Under the pieces are notes generated by a model. That model was not told where the DNA came from. It worked only from the letters and a program-made list of their open reading frames with translations, and made no database searches. Source: a bacterium (GTDB taxonomy: Bacteria > RBG-13-61-14 > DATKZS01). Taken from it: a stretch of 64,000 nucleotides of DNA. The position numbers were made by a program, and so were the translations under genes. Positions 8,921 to 19,363 of this stretch are shown in pieces; within the stretch, counting starts at the first letter, position 1; the number at the start of each line of letters is the position of its first letter. The stretch is from positions 512,001 through 576,000 of the forward strand of contig CAXXFL010000007.1 in assembly GCA_963674965.2 (NCBI GenBank), read 5' to 3'.

Positions 8921-9034
8921 TATATTTACCTCCTCAAATAATCCTGGATACTAAGCTTTCACTCCTCGCGCCGGCCGTCGGCGCGGCCATACCAGTGTAG
9001 ACAATACCTCCGGTTCACTCAAACCGGCCCTCGA

Positions 9035-10042
9035 TCAATACCCTTGCTCGCCTTCGACTTTTCCCTTGAAGATGTAGTAGGTCCAGACCTGATAGGCGAT
9101 AACCAGGGGCAGGAGTACCAGGGTCACCCCCAGCATGATCTTCAGGGTGAGGGGGCTGGAGGACGCGTTGTAAATGGTCACGTCATAGTCCCTCGACAGG
9201 CTCGAGGGCAATATAACCGGATACAGCCCGGCCACCCCGAACATGACGCACGATATGATGGCCACGCCCGAGGCCAGCCAGGCCTTGAAGTATTGGCCCT
9301 TCCTCGATAAAAGGAACACGCCCGCGAGGCATCCCGCGGCGAGCAGGGGTATAACGAAAAGGACCTTGCTGGAAAGATAGTTGTCGTAAAGCCGGGTCTG
9401 GAACCAGGTGACGATCAAAAAGGCCACCACTACCGAGACCAGCGCGTACCACAGCTTTCCGGCCAGGGCCGCCGCCCGCTCGGCCATCTCCCCCTCCGTC
9501 TTCACCGCCAGCCAGAGGCAGCCGTGAACCAGGAAGAAAAGCAGGAACAGGAGGCCGCCGAGTAACCCGTAGAAGTTAAGCAGCGTAAGGATCGTGCCGT
9601 CGGATATCCCTTCCCCGTCGATGGGGATGCCCATGAAGATGTTGGCGAAGGCCACGCCCAGGAGCAGGGCGGGAAGGAAACTGCCCGCCACGAACAGGGC
9701 GTCCCAGGCCTTCTTCGCCCAGGCGGACTCGCTTTCCTCGCGCAGGGCCACCGCCGCCCCCCGCAGGATGAGGGCGAACAGGAGCAGCATGAGCGCCGAG
9801 TAAAGGGCGCTGAACATGGTGGCGTAGGCCTCGGGGAAGGCCGCGAAGGTCACGCCTCCCGCGGCTATCAGCCAGACCTCGTTGCCGTCCCAATAGGGAC
9901 CGATGGCCGCGTAGGCGCTCCGTTTTTCCTCCTCGTTTTTGGCCAGGAAGGGAAGCAGGGTACCAACGCCCAGGTCGAAGCCGTCCAGCGCGAAGTAAAC
10001 CGCCCATAACACGCCCCACAGAATAAACCAGATGGTCTGCAT
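9035..10042 (-). CDS. cydB: Cytochrome bd oxidase subunit II
   Basis: LDGFDLGVG and PYWDGNEVWL motifs. Confidence 0.97.
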   Translation of the reverse strand: MQTIWFILWGVLWAVYFALDGFDLGVGTLLPFLAKNEEEKRSAYAAIGPYWDGNEVWLIAAGGVTFAAFPEAYATMFSALYSALMLLLFALILRGAAVALREESESAWAKKAWDALFVAGSFLPALLLGVAFANIFMGIPIDGEGISDGTILTLLNFYGLLGGLLFLLFFLVHGCLWLAVKTEGEMAERAAALAGKLWYALVSVVVAFLIVTWFQTRLYDNYLSSKVLFVIPLLAAGCLAGVFLLSRKGQYFKAWLASGVAIISCVMFGVAGLYPVILPSSLSRDYDVTIYNASSSPLTLKIMLGVTLVLLPLVIAYQVWTYYIFKGKVEGEQGY

Positions 10043-10045
10043 GGC

Positions 10046-11455
10046 TCAGTCCTCCTCTCCCGGCGCCTCGGAGTCGGGTCCGCTCGGGCCGCCCGCCGGC
10101 TCGGGGCCTCTCACGGCGTACTTGTAAAGAAGGAAGAAGTCCGCCAAACCGAGGGCGCCGTAAACCAGCACGAACCCGATGAGGGTGGTCAGCACCTGGG
10201 ACGCGGCGATGGGCGAGACGGCGTCCCCGGTCCTCATCACGCCGTGGACTATCCAGGGCTGCCTGCCCACCTCGGCCAGCATCCATCCGGCCTCGAGGGC
10301 CACGTAGGGGAGGGGAATGGCCAGGACCAGTATCCAGGGCAATCGGGGGAACTTATCCTCGAGCCAGTCCCGGAGCTTAAGGAACGGCCCCAGCCTTCCT
10401 TCCATGAACTCCCGGCTCATGGACATGAACACGCCGTAGGCCGCCAGGGCGGGAAACAGGAAACCCAGCCCCACCATGACCCTGAAGGCCCAGAAGGTCA
10501 AGGCCACGGGCGGCCTGTCCTCCTTGGGCCACTCCTTGAGTCCCTTGACCTCGGCGTCCATCGAGTGGTAAGCGAGAAGGCTCAAGGCCCCGGGTATCCT
10601 GATGGCCTCGATCCGGTTCCTTTCATTGTCCTCGTCCGTAAAAAGGATGAGGGTTTGAGGCGCCCCTTTTTGGGTCTCCCACAGGGCCTCCATGGCCGCC
10701 AGCTTGGCGGGCTGGTGCTGGGCCACCAAGGCCCCGTTGGCGTGCCCGTGGATCACCTCGATCACGGCGAAGACCAGGGCCCATATCGAGGCCAGCTTGA
10801 AGGACCGGCGGAAAAAGTCCTCCTCATTCTTTTTCAAAAGGTGGTACGCGCTTATGCCCATGACGAAGAAAGCCCCCAGAATAAAGGCCCCCGTCACGGT
10901 GTGAATGAACTCGTAGACGGCGTTCTTCTGAGTGATGACGGCGAGGAAGTCGGTCAGCTCGGCCCGTCCCGTCGCTTCATTGAAGGTATAGCCCACGGGA
11001 TGCTGCATCCAGGCGTTGGCCGCCAGTATCCAGAAGGCGGAGATATTCGAGGCCAGGGCCACGAGCCAAATGGAGAGGGCGTGGAACTTGGGGGACACCC
11101 TGTTCCATCCGAAAATCCACACGGCCAAAAAGGTCGATTCCATGAAGAAGGCCAGGGTGGCCTCGATGGCGAGTAGGGACCCGAAGATATCGCCCACGTA
11201 CCTCGAGTATCCGGACCAGTTGGTCCCGAACTGGAACTCGAGGGTTATGCCCGTCACGACTCCCACGGCGAAGTTGATGACGAACAGCCGGCCCCAGAAC
11301 CTGGCCATCCGCTTGTAGGTCTCGTCGCCGGTCCGGACGTAGATGGTTTCCATGATCGCGACCAGAACGGACAGTCCCAGGGTAAGGGGCACGAAAAGGA
11401 AATGGAACATGGCCGCCGCGGCGAACTGCAGTCGGGAAAGCAAAAGGACGTCCAT
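10046..11455 (-). CDS. cydA: Cytochrome bd oxidase subunit I
   Basis: RLQFA..FHFLFVP, EFQFGTNW, QPAKLAAME and EVGRQPW motifs. Confidence 0.97.
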   Translation of the reverse strand: MDVLLLSRLQFAAAAMFHFLFVPLTLGLSVLVAIMETIYVRTGDETYKRMARFWGRLFVINFAVGVVTGITLEFQFGTNWSGYSRYVGDIFGSLLAIEATLAFFMESTFLAVWIFGWNRVSPKFHALSIWLVALASNISAFWILAANAWMQHPVGYTFNEATGRAELTDFLAVITQKNAVYEFIHTVTGAFILGAFFVMGISAYHLLKKNEEDFFRRSFKLASIWALVFAVIEVIHGHANGALVAQHQPAKLAAMEALWETQKGAPQTLILFTDEDNERNRIEAIRIPGALSLLAYHSMDAEVKGLKEWPKEDRPPVALTFWAFRVMVGLGFLFPALAAYGVFMSMSREFMEGRLGPFLKLRDWLEDKFPRLPWILVLAIPLPYVALEAGWMLAEVGRQPWIVHGVMRTGDAVSPIAASQVLTTLIGFVLVYGALGLADFFLLYKYAVRGPEPAGGPSGPDSEAPGEED

Positions 11456-11486
11456 TAATGATCCTCCCGGTCTCGGGCGGGGGCCT

Positions 11487-12224
11487 TCAAGCCGACTCCC
11501 GCCTCTTGTTGTCTATCGCGGCTAGAGCGGACTTGGCCGCGTCGCCCACCGTCCATCTCCGAAGACGCCCGTCAAGATAGAGATCGAACTCCGAGTCGTC
11601 TCCGGCCAGTTTCCCGAGGGCGTCCCTTTGCTCGATCGCCTCGATAAGACCCAGCGCGAAAGCGGCCAGGCCCCTGGCCTCGGGATCGGGCGAGTCGAGA
11701 AACGCGGCAACGTAAGGCCCGGCGTGGGCCACCAGTCCGGGCCGGTCCAGGGCCACCCGGCCCACGCCCCATAAGGCGCCTTTAAGGAGCGGCTCGTAAT
11801 CAAGATAAAGCCCCTCCGGCGCCAGGAAAGAAACCAGGAGGTGGGAAAACTCCTCGGCCAGCTGATCGTTATTGGCCATGATCTCGGCCATGGACTCGGG
11901 CGCGCCGAAGGCGCAGCCGCCGCACTCCTCGTTGAGGTTCCAGGCCTGGCGGCGAAGGAGGGTCCGCGCCGCCTCGAGGTCGCGGCCGGCAAGCCCGGCG
12001 ACGACCTGGCCGATGGCGGTGACGGCCCGCCACTTGATCCAGGGCTTGTCGCTTACAAGGGCGGACAGGAGGGCCCGGATGACGGGCCGAGGCGAAAGCT
12101 CGGCCATTTCTTTCATGGCCTCATCCTGGTTCGGGGACTCGAGGAGCGCGAGTACTTGTATTCTTACCGGGGCGCTTCCCTCGACGCTTCTCGAGCCGAC
12201 CCCATGGCCGCCGGGCCGATTCAT
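11487..12224 (-). CDS. HEAT-repeat protein (DVU0298-like; start uncertain)
   Basis: WRAVTAIG, WNLNEECGG..FGAPESMAEI, GALWGVGR. Confidence 0.75.
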   Translation of the reverse strand: MNRPGGHGVGSRSVEGSAPVRIQVLALLESPNQDEAMKEMAELSPRPVIRALLSALVSDKPWIKWRAVTAIGQVVAGLAGRDLEAARTLLRRQAWNLNEECGGCAFGAPESMAEIMANNDQLAEEFSHLLVSFLAPEGLYLDYEPLLKGALWGVGRVALDRPGLVAHAGPYVAAFLDSPDPEARGLAAFALGLIEAIEQRDALGKLAGDDSEFDLYLDGRLRRWTVGDAAKSALAAIDNKRRESA

Positions 12225-13417
12225 TTGACCGACTCGTTCACCATTTTCCCTATCTTCCTTCCCAGTTCGACGCAGGGCTTCAAGGCCGCGTGGTCGGGCA
12301 CGTAGTTGACCTTGACCCCCGGGTCCACCACCTCGATTTTCGCTTCCTCGAGGGCCTGGTTGATCATCTTCACCGACTCGCCGCTCCAGCCGTAGGAGCC
12401 GAAGGCCGCGGCTATCTTGTTCCTCGGCCGAAGTCCCCTGCCGTACATGAGGAAGTCCGCCACCAGGGGAAGCATGCCGTTATTGAAGGTGGGCGAACCA
12501 ACGATCAGGGCCTTGGCGTCAAGAAGCTCGGTCATGACGTCGCTTCTGTGAGTGTGCTTCAGGTTCATCATCTTCAGGTTCACGCCCTCCCCCAGCGCTC
12601 CGTCGGCGATGGCCTTGGCCATGATCTCGGTGGAATGCCACATGGTGTCGTAAACGAGAAGGACCTTGCGGGATGGCTCCTGGGCGCTCCATTTCGCGTA
12701 GGCCTCGATTATCTTGCCCGGGTCCCTTCGCCAGGCCAGGCCGTGGTCGCAAAGGATGGTATCGATCTCGAGGCCCATGCCTTGCACGTCGGAGATAAGC
12801 TTTTGCACCTGGGGCGAGAAAAGCAAGAGGATGTTCGCGTAGTACTTGGCCGCGTGCCGGAAAAGCTCGGGCTGGTCGACCTCGTCGTCGAACCTCTCGC
12901 TGGTGGCCCAATGCTGTCCAAAGGCGTCGCTCGAGACGAGAATCCTGTCCTCCTTGATATAGGAGAACATGCTGTCGGGCCAGTGGAGCATGCGGGTTTC
13001 GAGGAAGCTGAGGGTCCGCTTCCCGATGCTTATCTCCTCCCCGCTCTCGACAACGTGGAAGGGCCAGTCCTCGCGATGGAAATGGGCCAAGAGGGCCTTC
13101 TTGCCCAGCTTCGAGCAGATGACCTTCTCCGGCTTGATCGCCTCGATCACCTCGGGCAGGGATCCCGAGTGGTCCATTTCCACGTGGTTGACCACGATGT
13201 AATCTATCTTCGACGGGTCGATCACGCGCCGGATATTGTGCATCAGGTCGCTTTTAAAACCCTTTTTCACCGCGTCGAAAAGGGTGACCTTTTCGTCCAG
13301 CGCCAGATAGGCGTTATAGCTCGTGCCCCTCTCGGTCGAGTAGCCGTGAAAATCGCGCACGTCCCAATCGACGGCGCCTACCCAATACAGATCGTCGGTT
13401 ACCTTAACGGGCGGCAT
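12221..13417 (-). CDS. fprA: Flavodiiron protein (rubredoxin:O2/NO oxidoreductase)
   Basis: GTSYNAYL, NHVEMDH, HWPDSM, SDAFGQH and a C-terminal flavodoxin domain. Confidence 0.95.
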   Translation of the reverse strand: MPPVKVTDDLYWVGAVDWDVRDFHGYSTERGTSYNAYLALDEKVTLFDAVKKGFKSDLMHNIRRVIDPSKIDYIVVNHVEMDHSGSLPEVIEAIKPEKVICSKLGKKALLAHFHREDWPFHVVESGEEISIGKRTLSFLETRMLHWPDSMFSYIKEDRILVSSDAFGQHWATSERFDDEVDQPELFRHAAKYYANILLLFSPQVQKLISDVQGMGLEIDTILCDHGLAWRRDPGKIIEAYAKWSAQEPSRKVLLVYDTMWHSTEIMAKAIADGALGEGVNLKMMNLKHTHRSDVMTELLDAKALIVGSPTFNNGMLPLVADFLMYGRGLRPRNKIAAAFGSYGWSGESVKMINQALEEAKIEVVDPGVKVNYVPDHAALKPCVELGRKIGKMVNESVK

Positions 13418-13502
13418 CGGTCCTCCTTACCGTGTTGAATAAATTTGGCCGAGCCACCGGCCGGTCCGCTCTTGGCGGACCTCGCCCAATGGCCCCATGT
13501 CC

Positions 13503-13664
13503 CTACTTCTCGGGATAAAACATCGACTTCTCGGCGCCGCAAACCGGGCAGTGCCAGTCGTCGGGCAGGTCCTCGAACTTAGTCCCCGGAGCCGCGCCCC
13601 CGTCGGGGTCTCCCTTGGCCGGGTCGTAAACGTAACCGCAAACTCCGCATACGTATTTTTCCAT
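13503..13664 (-). CDS. rub: Rubredoxin (53 aa; absent from the ORF track)
   Basis: Manual translation [62 protein letters not shown] upstream. Confidence 0.95.
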   Translation of the reverse strand: MEKYVCGVCGYVYDPAKGDPDGGAAPGTKFEDLPDDWHCPVCGAEKSMFYPEK

Positions 13665-13726
13665 TACCATAGCTCCTTACTTCAAGTTATTTCGCCCTGG
13701 GCGATAGGGGGTATCCCGACCTCGGG

Positions 13727-13912
13727 TCAGGCCCCCGCGTTATACTCGCATTTGGTAAAGTCCACTTTCTTGCCGCATTTCTTGCAGGAGTGCTCCTTGT
13801 CGAACTCGTCGGAGAAAATCTCCAGCTCGGCGCCGCACTCGGGGCAGGCGCACTTGAAGGACTGAAGCGTTTTAAAGCTTTCGTATCCGGGGCAATGCTT
13901 TGGGGTCCACAT
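13727..13912 (-). CDS. Small Cys-rich (Zn-ribbon-like) protein
   Basis: HCPG, CPECG and CKKCG motifs; AGGAGG RBS. Confidence 0.75.
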   Translation of the reverse strand: MWTPKHCPGYESFKTLQSFKCACPECGAELEIFSDEFDKEHSCKKCGKKVDFTKCEYNAGA

Positions 13913-13946
13913 TTTAATCCTCCTTTCGATAGGGTCGGATAAAGCG

Positions 13947-14393
13947 CTATCCGCTTTTTTTCTCCATCTTCTCGCCCACCGACCTTCCGTAATCCTGCGC
14001 CATTTTAATACCGCCCCCCAGGTTGGGGTCCTTGAGGCGGAGAGGGTCGCCGACCATGTCCATTTTAAATACGTTCTTCATGGTGTCGTAAACCCGCTCG
14101 AGTCCCTCCCCGCTCCAGCCGAAGGCGCCGAAGGCCGCGCCGACCTTGCCCTCCAGGTTGGCCTTCTCGGCCAGGAAGAGCATGGTCTTCATGGTCTGTA
14201 TCATCTCGCCGTGGTAAGTGGGAGAGCCCAGGACCAGGGCGTCGTGTCCCTCCAGGTCCTCGGGTTTCTTTATGTCCGCTATGTCCACCACCTTGGCCTG
14301 GTTGCCGGTGAACCTTATCCCCTCCGCTATCAGAGAGGCGATGGCCTTGGTGTTGCCCGTCCTCGTCGCGAAAACCACAAGCGCGCTTCCCAT
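13947..14393 (-). CDS. Flavodoxin-domain protein
   Basis: TRTGNT, LGSPTYHG and AFGAFGWSGE motifs. Confidence 0.9.
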   Translation of the reverse strand: MGSALVVFATRTGNTKAIASLIAEGIRFTGNQAKVVDIADIKKPEDLEGHDALVLGSPTYHGEMIQTMKTMLFLAEKANLEGKVGAAFGAFGWSGEGLERVYDTMKNVFKMDMVGDPLRLKDPNLGGGIKMAQDYGRSVGEKMEKKSG

Positions 14394-14990
14394 TCAGTCG
14401 TCCTCCCTCATCGGCTCGCCGGCCGCGGCCCTTTTGCCCAGCTCGAGGGCCTTGGCCAGGGCGTCCGGCATGTCGTTTACGTCAGCTTTTCCCTCGACCT
14501 TCCTGAAGAAGGCCCCGCCCTCGTAGCTCATGTCCAGGGCGTCGTAAAAGTACTTGCCCATCATCTCGTATCCGTCGAAAAGGGTCTTTCCCCGGGTCGC
14601 GCCAACTCCGATCAGGTAGCCCTTGCCGCTATCGTAGCGCTTCCTGTCCTCTCCCTTTTTCCTCAACATGCGGCCGGACCACCGGGCCTGGGACCTGTCC
14701 ACCAGGGCCTTGACCTGGGCCGGGGCCGCGTAAAAAAACATGGGAGCGCTGAGTATAATCGCGTCGGCCTCGTCCAGGAGAGGATACACCTGGTCCATGT
14801 CGTCGCGCTGCACGCACTCGCCCGTCTTGTCGCATCCGCCGCACTCGAGGCAGCCGTTGATTTTCAGCTTGCGGGCGTAGACCTTTTTTATCGTCGCTCC
14901 CGCCTGGGCCGCCCCTTCCAGGGCCTTGTCCAGAAGAAGGTCGCTGTTGCCGCCCTTTCTCGGGCTTCCATAAATTCCAAGTACCACCAT
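14394..14990 (-). CDS. Iron-sulfur flavoprotein / NADPH-dependent FMN reductase family
   Basis: GSPRKGGNS, CLECGGC..GEC..RDDM; start set at MVVLG. Confidence 0.9.
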   Translation of the reverse strand: MVVLGIYGSPRKGGNSDLLLDKALEGAAQAGATIKKVYARKLKINGCLECGGCDKTGECVQRDDMDQVYPLLDEADAIILSAPMFFYAAPAQVKALVDRSQARWSGRMLRKKGEDRKRYDSGKGYLIGVGATRGKTLFDGYEMMGKYFYDALDMSYEGGAFFRKVEGKADVNDMPDALAKALELGKRAAAGEPMREDD

Positions 14991-15013
14991 GTCTGGCTCC
15001 GGAGGATAGCGGC

Positions 15014-15199
15014 TCAACCCAGCCTGGGGTCGCCCGCTCCTCCCTCGGTCCCCCCGCACTCGGGAATATAGCACGTCACGTTAAGAAACTCGCACTCCTG
15101 GCCGCAGGACGGACACTTATTGGGCGGGGCAGGGGCCTCGAGGGTGTAGCCGCAATTGGAACACTTCCACTGTAATTTTTCAGGCGCGTTCTGGTTCAT
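15014..15199 (-). CDS. Rubredoxin-like small protein
   Basis: [29 protein letters not shown]. Confidence 0.8.
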   Translation of the reverse strand: MNQNAPEKLQWKCSNCGYTLEAPAPPNKCPSCGQECEFLNVTCYIPECGGTEGGAGDPRLG

Positions 15200-15272
15200 T
15201 TTTTTCTCCTTCCAGATGGTAAAGATTACCATCTATGGAATTGGTTACAAAACTTAGCCGCTTAGGAGTGGG

Positions 15273-16841
15273 CTATTCTCTATTTGTCTTCTTGTTTTCT
15301 TCCGTCTTCCCCGGCGCGGGAAAAGGGCCATAGATATTATTGAGGGCCTCCTTGATCGCGATTTCATCTTCCATTTCCCTTAAGTTGGAAGAGAGCTTCC
15401 ATCGGCCGTCGGCGAAAACGCCATAATCCGCGCCCATCATGGCCGAGGCGAAGCGGGTGGAATTGGCGTAGAACAGCCACTGCTTAACCCATTTTATCTC
15501 GAGAGTGTCGTTAAAAATCCCGTTGCCCTGGGCCGGTCCTTTTGCCGCTCCCGTCTCCCATCCCTTATAGAGAAGGTCGGCGGCCGTCCGGGTCATGGCG
15601 TTCGAGTACTCGATGGTTTTTTCGAAACGCCCGTAATACCCATCCACCCAATCCTGGGAATGGCAAGCCCGGCAAGCGCGCAACATATTGTTTTTACGGG
15701 CTTCCATTTCTTTGGCGTCGATCAGGAATTCCGTTGCCCTCTCTCCGGTAAGATTGGTGGGAAGCGGAAGCTTTCCCTCCCCCTGGGCCACGGATATAAC
15801 CGAGGTATCCGGGCTTTTGGGATGGGGGTGGGCGTAGGGTAGCCCGAAAATCCGCCACGGTAGCCGGTCATTCATCCGGTGGGTCCTTTCAGCCGCGGTC
15901 TCGCCCTCGGCGTCCACCACCAGGCTCACGTGACAAGCCGCGCAAGTGGGCGCCTTGAAGTCCTCGCCCGCGGTCCAGGGCACGGCCTCGAGGTCCCACT
16001 TGTCGCCACTCGCGTAATAGATCGACCCGTGAACGCTGACCGAGTAGACCTTGGCGGCTGGAACGTCCGGCCCGGTGTGACACTTGGCGCAGGCGTAGGG
16101 CGTCCTGGCAAGCTTCATGGAGAAGCCGTGGCGCGGATGGCAGGCGGTACAGGCGCCCAGGCTCGAGTCGGGGTTCACCCGGCCCACTCCCTGGTTGGGC
16201 CAGCCCTCCAGCGTGGGGAAGGTGAAATCTCCGTAGTCCGTTTCCCGCTCGGCCATGCCCGTGACCTTGAGCCTGGTCCCGTGGCAGCCAAGGCAGGAGT
16301 CCGCGTTGGCCTCCATCGTGGCCGCCGCTCCCTTCAGCGCCCCTCCCGAATATTCCATCAGTCCGTTAATCGAGTCGATTAGCTCGGCGTATAGCTTGTT
16401 GGACATGAGGTTACCATAGGCGTGGGACATGAGGTTTTGGCCGAATTGATCGCGCTCGGCCGCGTGACAAACGGCGCAGTCCTCCGGCGTGGGCACGAGT
16501 TTCACTTGCCGCCCGTTATGCTCGAAGGAGTCCGGGCTCGGCTTCCGGGACATGTGGCATTCCGCGCATCCCACCACGAATCCCTTCACGGCCTCGGGGA
16601 TTTCCACGGATGATACCTTAAGAGCTTTCCCGCTTTTTTGCAGGGCCTTGCCCACCGCGGTACTGGAATGGACCCCGCCCTTCCAGTCGGATACGATCCC
16701 CGGCGTGGCCAGGGAGTGGCAGTCCAGGCACTCCGAGCTGGCCTCGCTAAGCTGGGCCGAGGCGCCAAAGGCCCAAAGGTAAAAGACAACCGCCGCCGCC
16801 GTCATGAGCGGCGCCCGAATCCGGCCTTTCAAGAAAATCAT
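15273..16841 (-). CDS. Octaheme cytochrome c, hydroxylamine oxidoreductase (HAO)-like
   Basis: Signal peptide and 8 CxxCH motifs (CLDCH, CAECH, CAVCH, CLGCH, CTACH, CAKCH, CAACH, CRACH); WPNQGVGRVNPD motif. Confidence 0.88.
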   Translation of the reverse strand: MIFLKGRIRAPLMTAAAVVFYLWAFGASAQLSEASSECLDCHSLATPGIVSDWKGGVHSSTAVGKALQKSGKALKVSSVEIPEAVKGFVVGCAECHMSRKPSPDSFEHNGRQVKLVPTPEDCAVCHAAERDQFGQNLMSHAYGNLMSNKLYAELIDSINGLMEYSGGALKGAAATMEANADSCLGCHGTRLKVTGMAERETDYGDFTFPTLEGWPNQGVGRVNPDSSLGACTACHPRHGFSMKLARTPYACAKCHTGPDVPAAKVYSVSVHGSIYYASGDKWDLEAVPWTAGEDFKAPTCAACHVSLVVDAEGETAAERTHRMNDRLPWRIFGLPYAHPHPKSPDTSVISVAQGEGKLPLPTNLTGERATEFLIDAKEMEARKNNMLRACRACHSQDWVDGYYGRFEKTIEYSNAMTRTAADLLYKGWETGAAKGPAQGNGIFNDTLEIKWVKQWLFYANSTRFASAMMGADYGVFADGRWKLSSNLREMEDEIAIKEALNNIYGPFPAPGKTEENKKTNRE

Positions 16842-16845
16842 TTTT

Positions 16846-17043
16846 TCAGCCGCCCGATCCCCTGTCCATCATGCACTCGAACCTTCCCTTGACGCAGCCG
16901 CAAGAAGGGCAGACCCATTCCTCGGGCAGGTCCTCGAAGCTGGTCCCCTTTTCTATCTTGCCTTTCCTGTCTCCCCGATCGGGATTGTAAATATATCCGC
17001 ACGTTCCCACCGGGCATTGATACATATCTTCCGGGTTGGCCAT
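16846..17043 (-). CDS. Rubredoxin (Cx4C variant)
   Basis: [30 protein letters not shown]. Confidence 0.9.
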   Translation of the reverse strand: MANPEDMYQCPVGTCGYIYNPDRGDRKGKIEKGTSFEDLPEEWVCPSCGCVKGRFECMMDRGSGG

Positions 17044-17141
17044 TTCCCTCTCCTTCTTTAACTTGTTAAAAGAGTTAAGTCGCGTCCAAAGGAATATACC
17101 ATTTAGACGCGGCTTTGGCACGAAAAAATACGAATTTCCAT

Positions 17142-19250
17142 TTACGCGGTCAGGGCCCTGGCCAACTCTTGGGGATCGTGGACCGGGGAGGAGCACTCAC
17201 CGCCCTTGCAGGCGTAGGCCGCCGCCTTGCCGCCGATGCCCTTCATGTGCCTTACAAAATCCGCCAGCCGGATCACGGCGTCCGCTTTTTCCTCGTCCGC
17301 CAGGACCACGGTGCGGGAAGGGTTGAAGCCTTTCCTGGCCTCGGCGATCATGTCCGCCACTTTCCCGTCGGCGTGGGACCCGGTCACCACGACCTCCGTG
17401 GTCGGGCCGAGCCCGTAGTCAAGGGCGCTCATCATCATCGAGTAAGCCATGGGCGCGTTCGAGACGGCCCCTCTAAAGGCCGAGAAAATCCTCCCGGCTT
17501 TTTCCTCGAGGTCCGGGGCGCCCGTCATCCTGCCCAGCCGGAGGAGGTTAAGGGCCGCGACCGAGTTGCCCGAGGGGATGGCCCCGTCGTAGGCGTCCTT
17601 ATGCCGGGCCAGGGCCTCGCCCGCCGGTTCCCTCGAGAGAAAGAAACCTCCCGCCTCTTTGTCCTCGAAGCCCGCGATCACGCGCCGGGTAAGGTCGAGG
17701 GCCGCCTCCAGCCACCTGGGCGAAAAGGTCGCCTGGTAAAGCTCGATAAGACCCCAGCTCAAAAAGGCGTAGTCGTCCAGGAAGCCGGGAATGGCCGCTT
17801 CGCCCTCGCGATAGCGGTGCAATAGACCGCCGTCACTGGAGCGCGTCGTATCCAGAAGAAAGTCCGCCGCCCGGGCCGCGGCCGCCGAGTAGGTTTCATC
17901 GTTCAGGGCCACCGCGGCCTTGGCCAGGGCGGCTATCATAAGGCCGTTCCAGTCGGTAAGGATTTTGTCGTCCTTATGGGGACGGGGCCTTTTTGACCTT
18001 TTAGCCAGGAGTTTTCGCCTGGCCTCTTCCATCTTTATCTTCAAGTCCTCGAGGGGAGTTCCCAGGTCCGGGGCCAACTCGGAAAGCGGCTTTTTAAGGT
18101 GGAGGATATTGGCTCCCGAGCCGGCCCCGGTTGTCTCGTCCTTGAAGTTGCCCGCCTCGGAGACGTTCCAAATCCGGGCCATCAACTTCGCGTCTTCCTC
18201 GCCCAGGATTTCTTCCATCTCACGCGTGGTCCAGACGTAAAACTTTCCCTCTTCGCCCTCGCTGTCGGCGTCCTCGGCGGAATGGAAGGCCCCCTCCGGC
18301 GAGGTCATGTCCCGCGAGACGTACTCGAGGACCTCCCGCGTGACCTGGGCGTATTCCTCCTTGCCCGTAAGCTGGAAGGCCTCGGCATAGGCCATGGCCA
18401 GCATGGCCTGGTCGTAGAGCATCTTCTCGAAATGGGGCACGAGCCACTCGCGGTCGGTCGAGTAGCGATGGAAGCCGAAGCCCAGGTGGTCGTACACGCC
18501 GCCCAGTCGCATGGCCTGGAGGGTCGCCTCGGCCATGGACAAGGCCCCCCGGCCTCCGGTCCTTTTATGGTAACGCAGGAGGAACGTCAGGTTGTGCGGA
18601 CTGGGGAACTTGGGCGCCATTCCGAAACCCGCGAAGACGTTGTCAAAAGCCCTGGTCAGTTGGGACTCGGCCCCGTGGAGTGACGCGAGGCCGAGCTCGG
18701 GACCGGACGCCGCCCTGGAGCCTTCTTTCATGGCCTCGAGGAGATTTTTCGTAAGCGGTTCGATCTTGTGCTTTTCCTCTTTCCAGGCCCTGGCCACGCG
18801 GGGCACGAGCTCGATCATGCCGATCCTTCCAAAGCGGGAGCGCTTGGGGAAATAGGTCCCCCCGAAAAAGGGCTTCTTGTCGGGAGTCATGATTATGGTA
18901 AGGGGCCAGCCGCCCTGGCCGCTGAGCAGTTGGCAAGCCTCCATGTACACGGCGTCCAGGTCGGGCCTTTCCTCGCGGTCCACTTTAATGGGAACGAAGG
19001 AATCGTTAATAAGGGCCGCCACCTCAGGGTCCTCGAAGGATTCCCGCTCCATCACGTGGCACCAGTGACAGGTTGAGTAGCCGATGGAAAGAAAGACGGG
19101 CTTGTCCAGTTCCCGCGCCATCTTGAAGGCTTCCTCTCCCCAGGGCATCCAGTTCACGGGGTTGTAAGCGTGCTGAAGAAGATATGGACTCTTCTCGCCC
19201 ATAAGGCGGTTGGCCCTTTTCCCGTCATTGCCATTTTCCGGTCCGCTCAT
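17142..19250 (-). CDS. Thioredoxin-domain protein, YyaL/SPATA20 family
   Basis: [24 protein letters not shown] and PHFEKMLYD motifs; start set at MSGPEN. Confidence 0.93.
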   Translation of the reverse strand: MSGPENGNDGKRANRLMGEKSPYLLQHAYNPVNWMPWGEEAFKMARELDKPVFLSIGYSTCHWCHVMERESFEDPEVAALINDSFVPIKVDREERPDLDAVYMEACQLLSGQGGWPLTIIMTPDKKPFFGGTYFPKRSRFGRIGMIELVPRVARAWKEEKHKIEPLTKNLLEAMKEGSRAASGPELGLASLHGAESQLTRAFDNVFAGFGMAPKFPSPHNLTFLLRYHKRTGGRGALSMAEATLQAMRLGGVYDHLGFGFHRYSTDREWLVPHFEKMLYDQAMLAMAYAEAFQLTGKEEYAQVTREVLEYVSRDMTSPEGAFHSAEDADSEGEEGKFYVWTTREMEEILGEEDAKLMARIWNVSEAGNFKDETTGAGSGANILHLKKPLSELAPDLGTPLEDLKIKMEEARRKLLAKRSKRPRPHKDDKILTDWNGLMIAALAKAAVALNDETYSAAAARAADFLLDTTRSSDGGLLHRYREGEAAIPGFLDDYAFLSWGLIELYQATFSPRWLEAALDLTRRVIAGFEDKEAGGFFLSREPAGEALARHKDAYDGAIPSGNSVAALNLLRLGRMTGAPDLEEKAGRIFSAFRGAVSNAPMAYSMMMSALDYGLGPTTEVVVTGSHADGKVADMIAEARKGFNPSRTVVLADEEKADAVIRLADFVRHMKGIGGKAAAYACKGGECSSPVHDPQELARALTA

Positions 19251-19363
19251 GGTTTCCCCCTTAAAGGAGATGTAATCACGTTTCCGCGAATGGCAACTTT
19301 CAGGAGCGGAAAACTTGCAATCGGACGGCCAAGCTCTAAGTGACGTAAGTTCCATGGCCCGCG

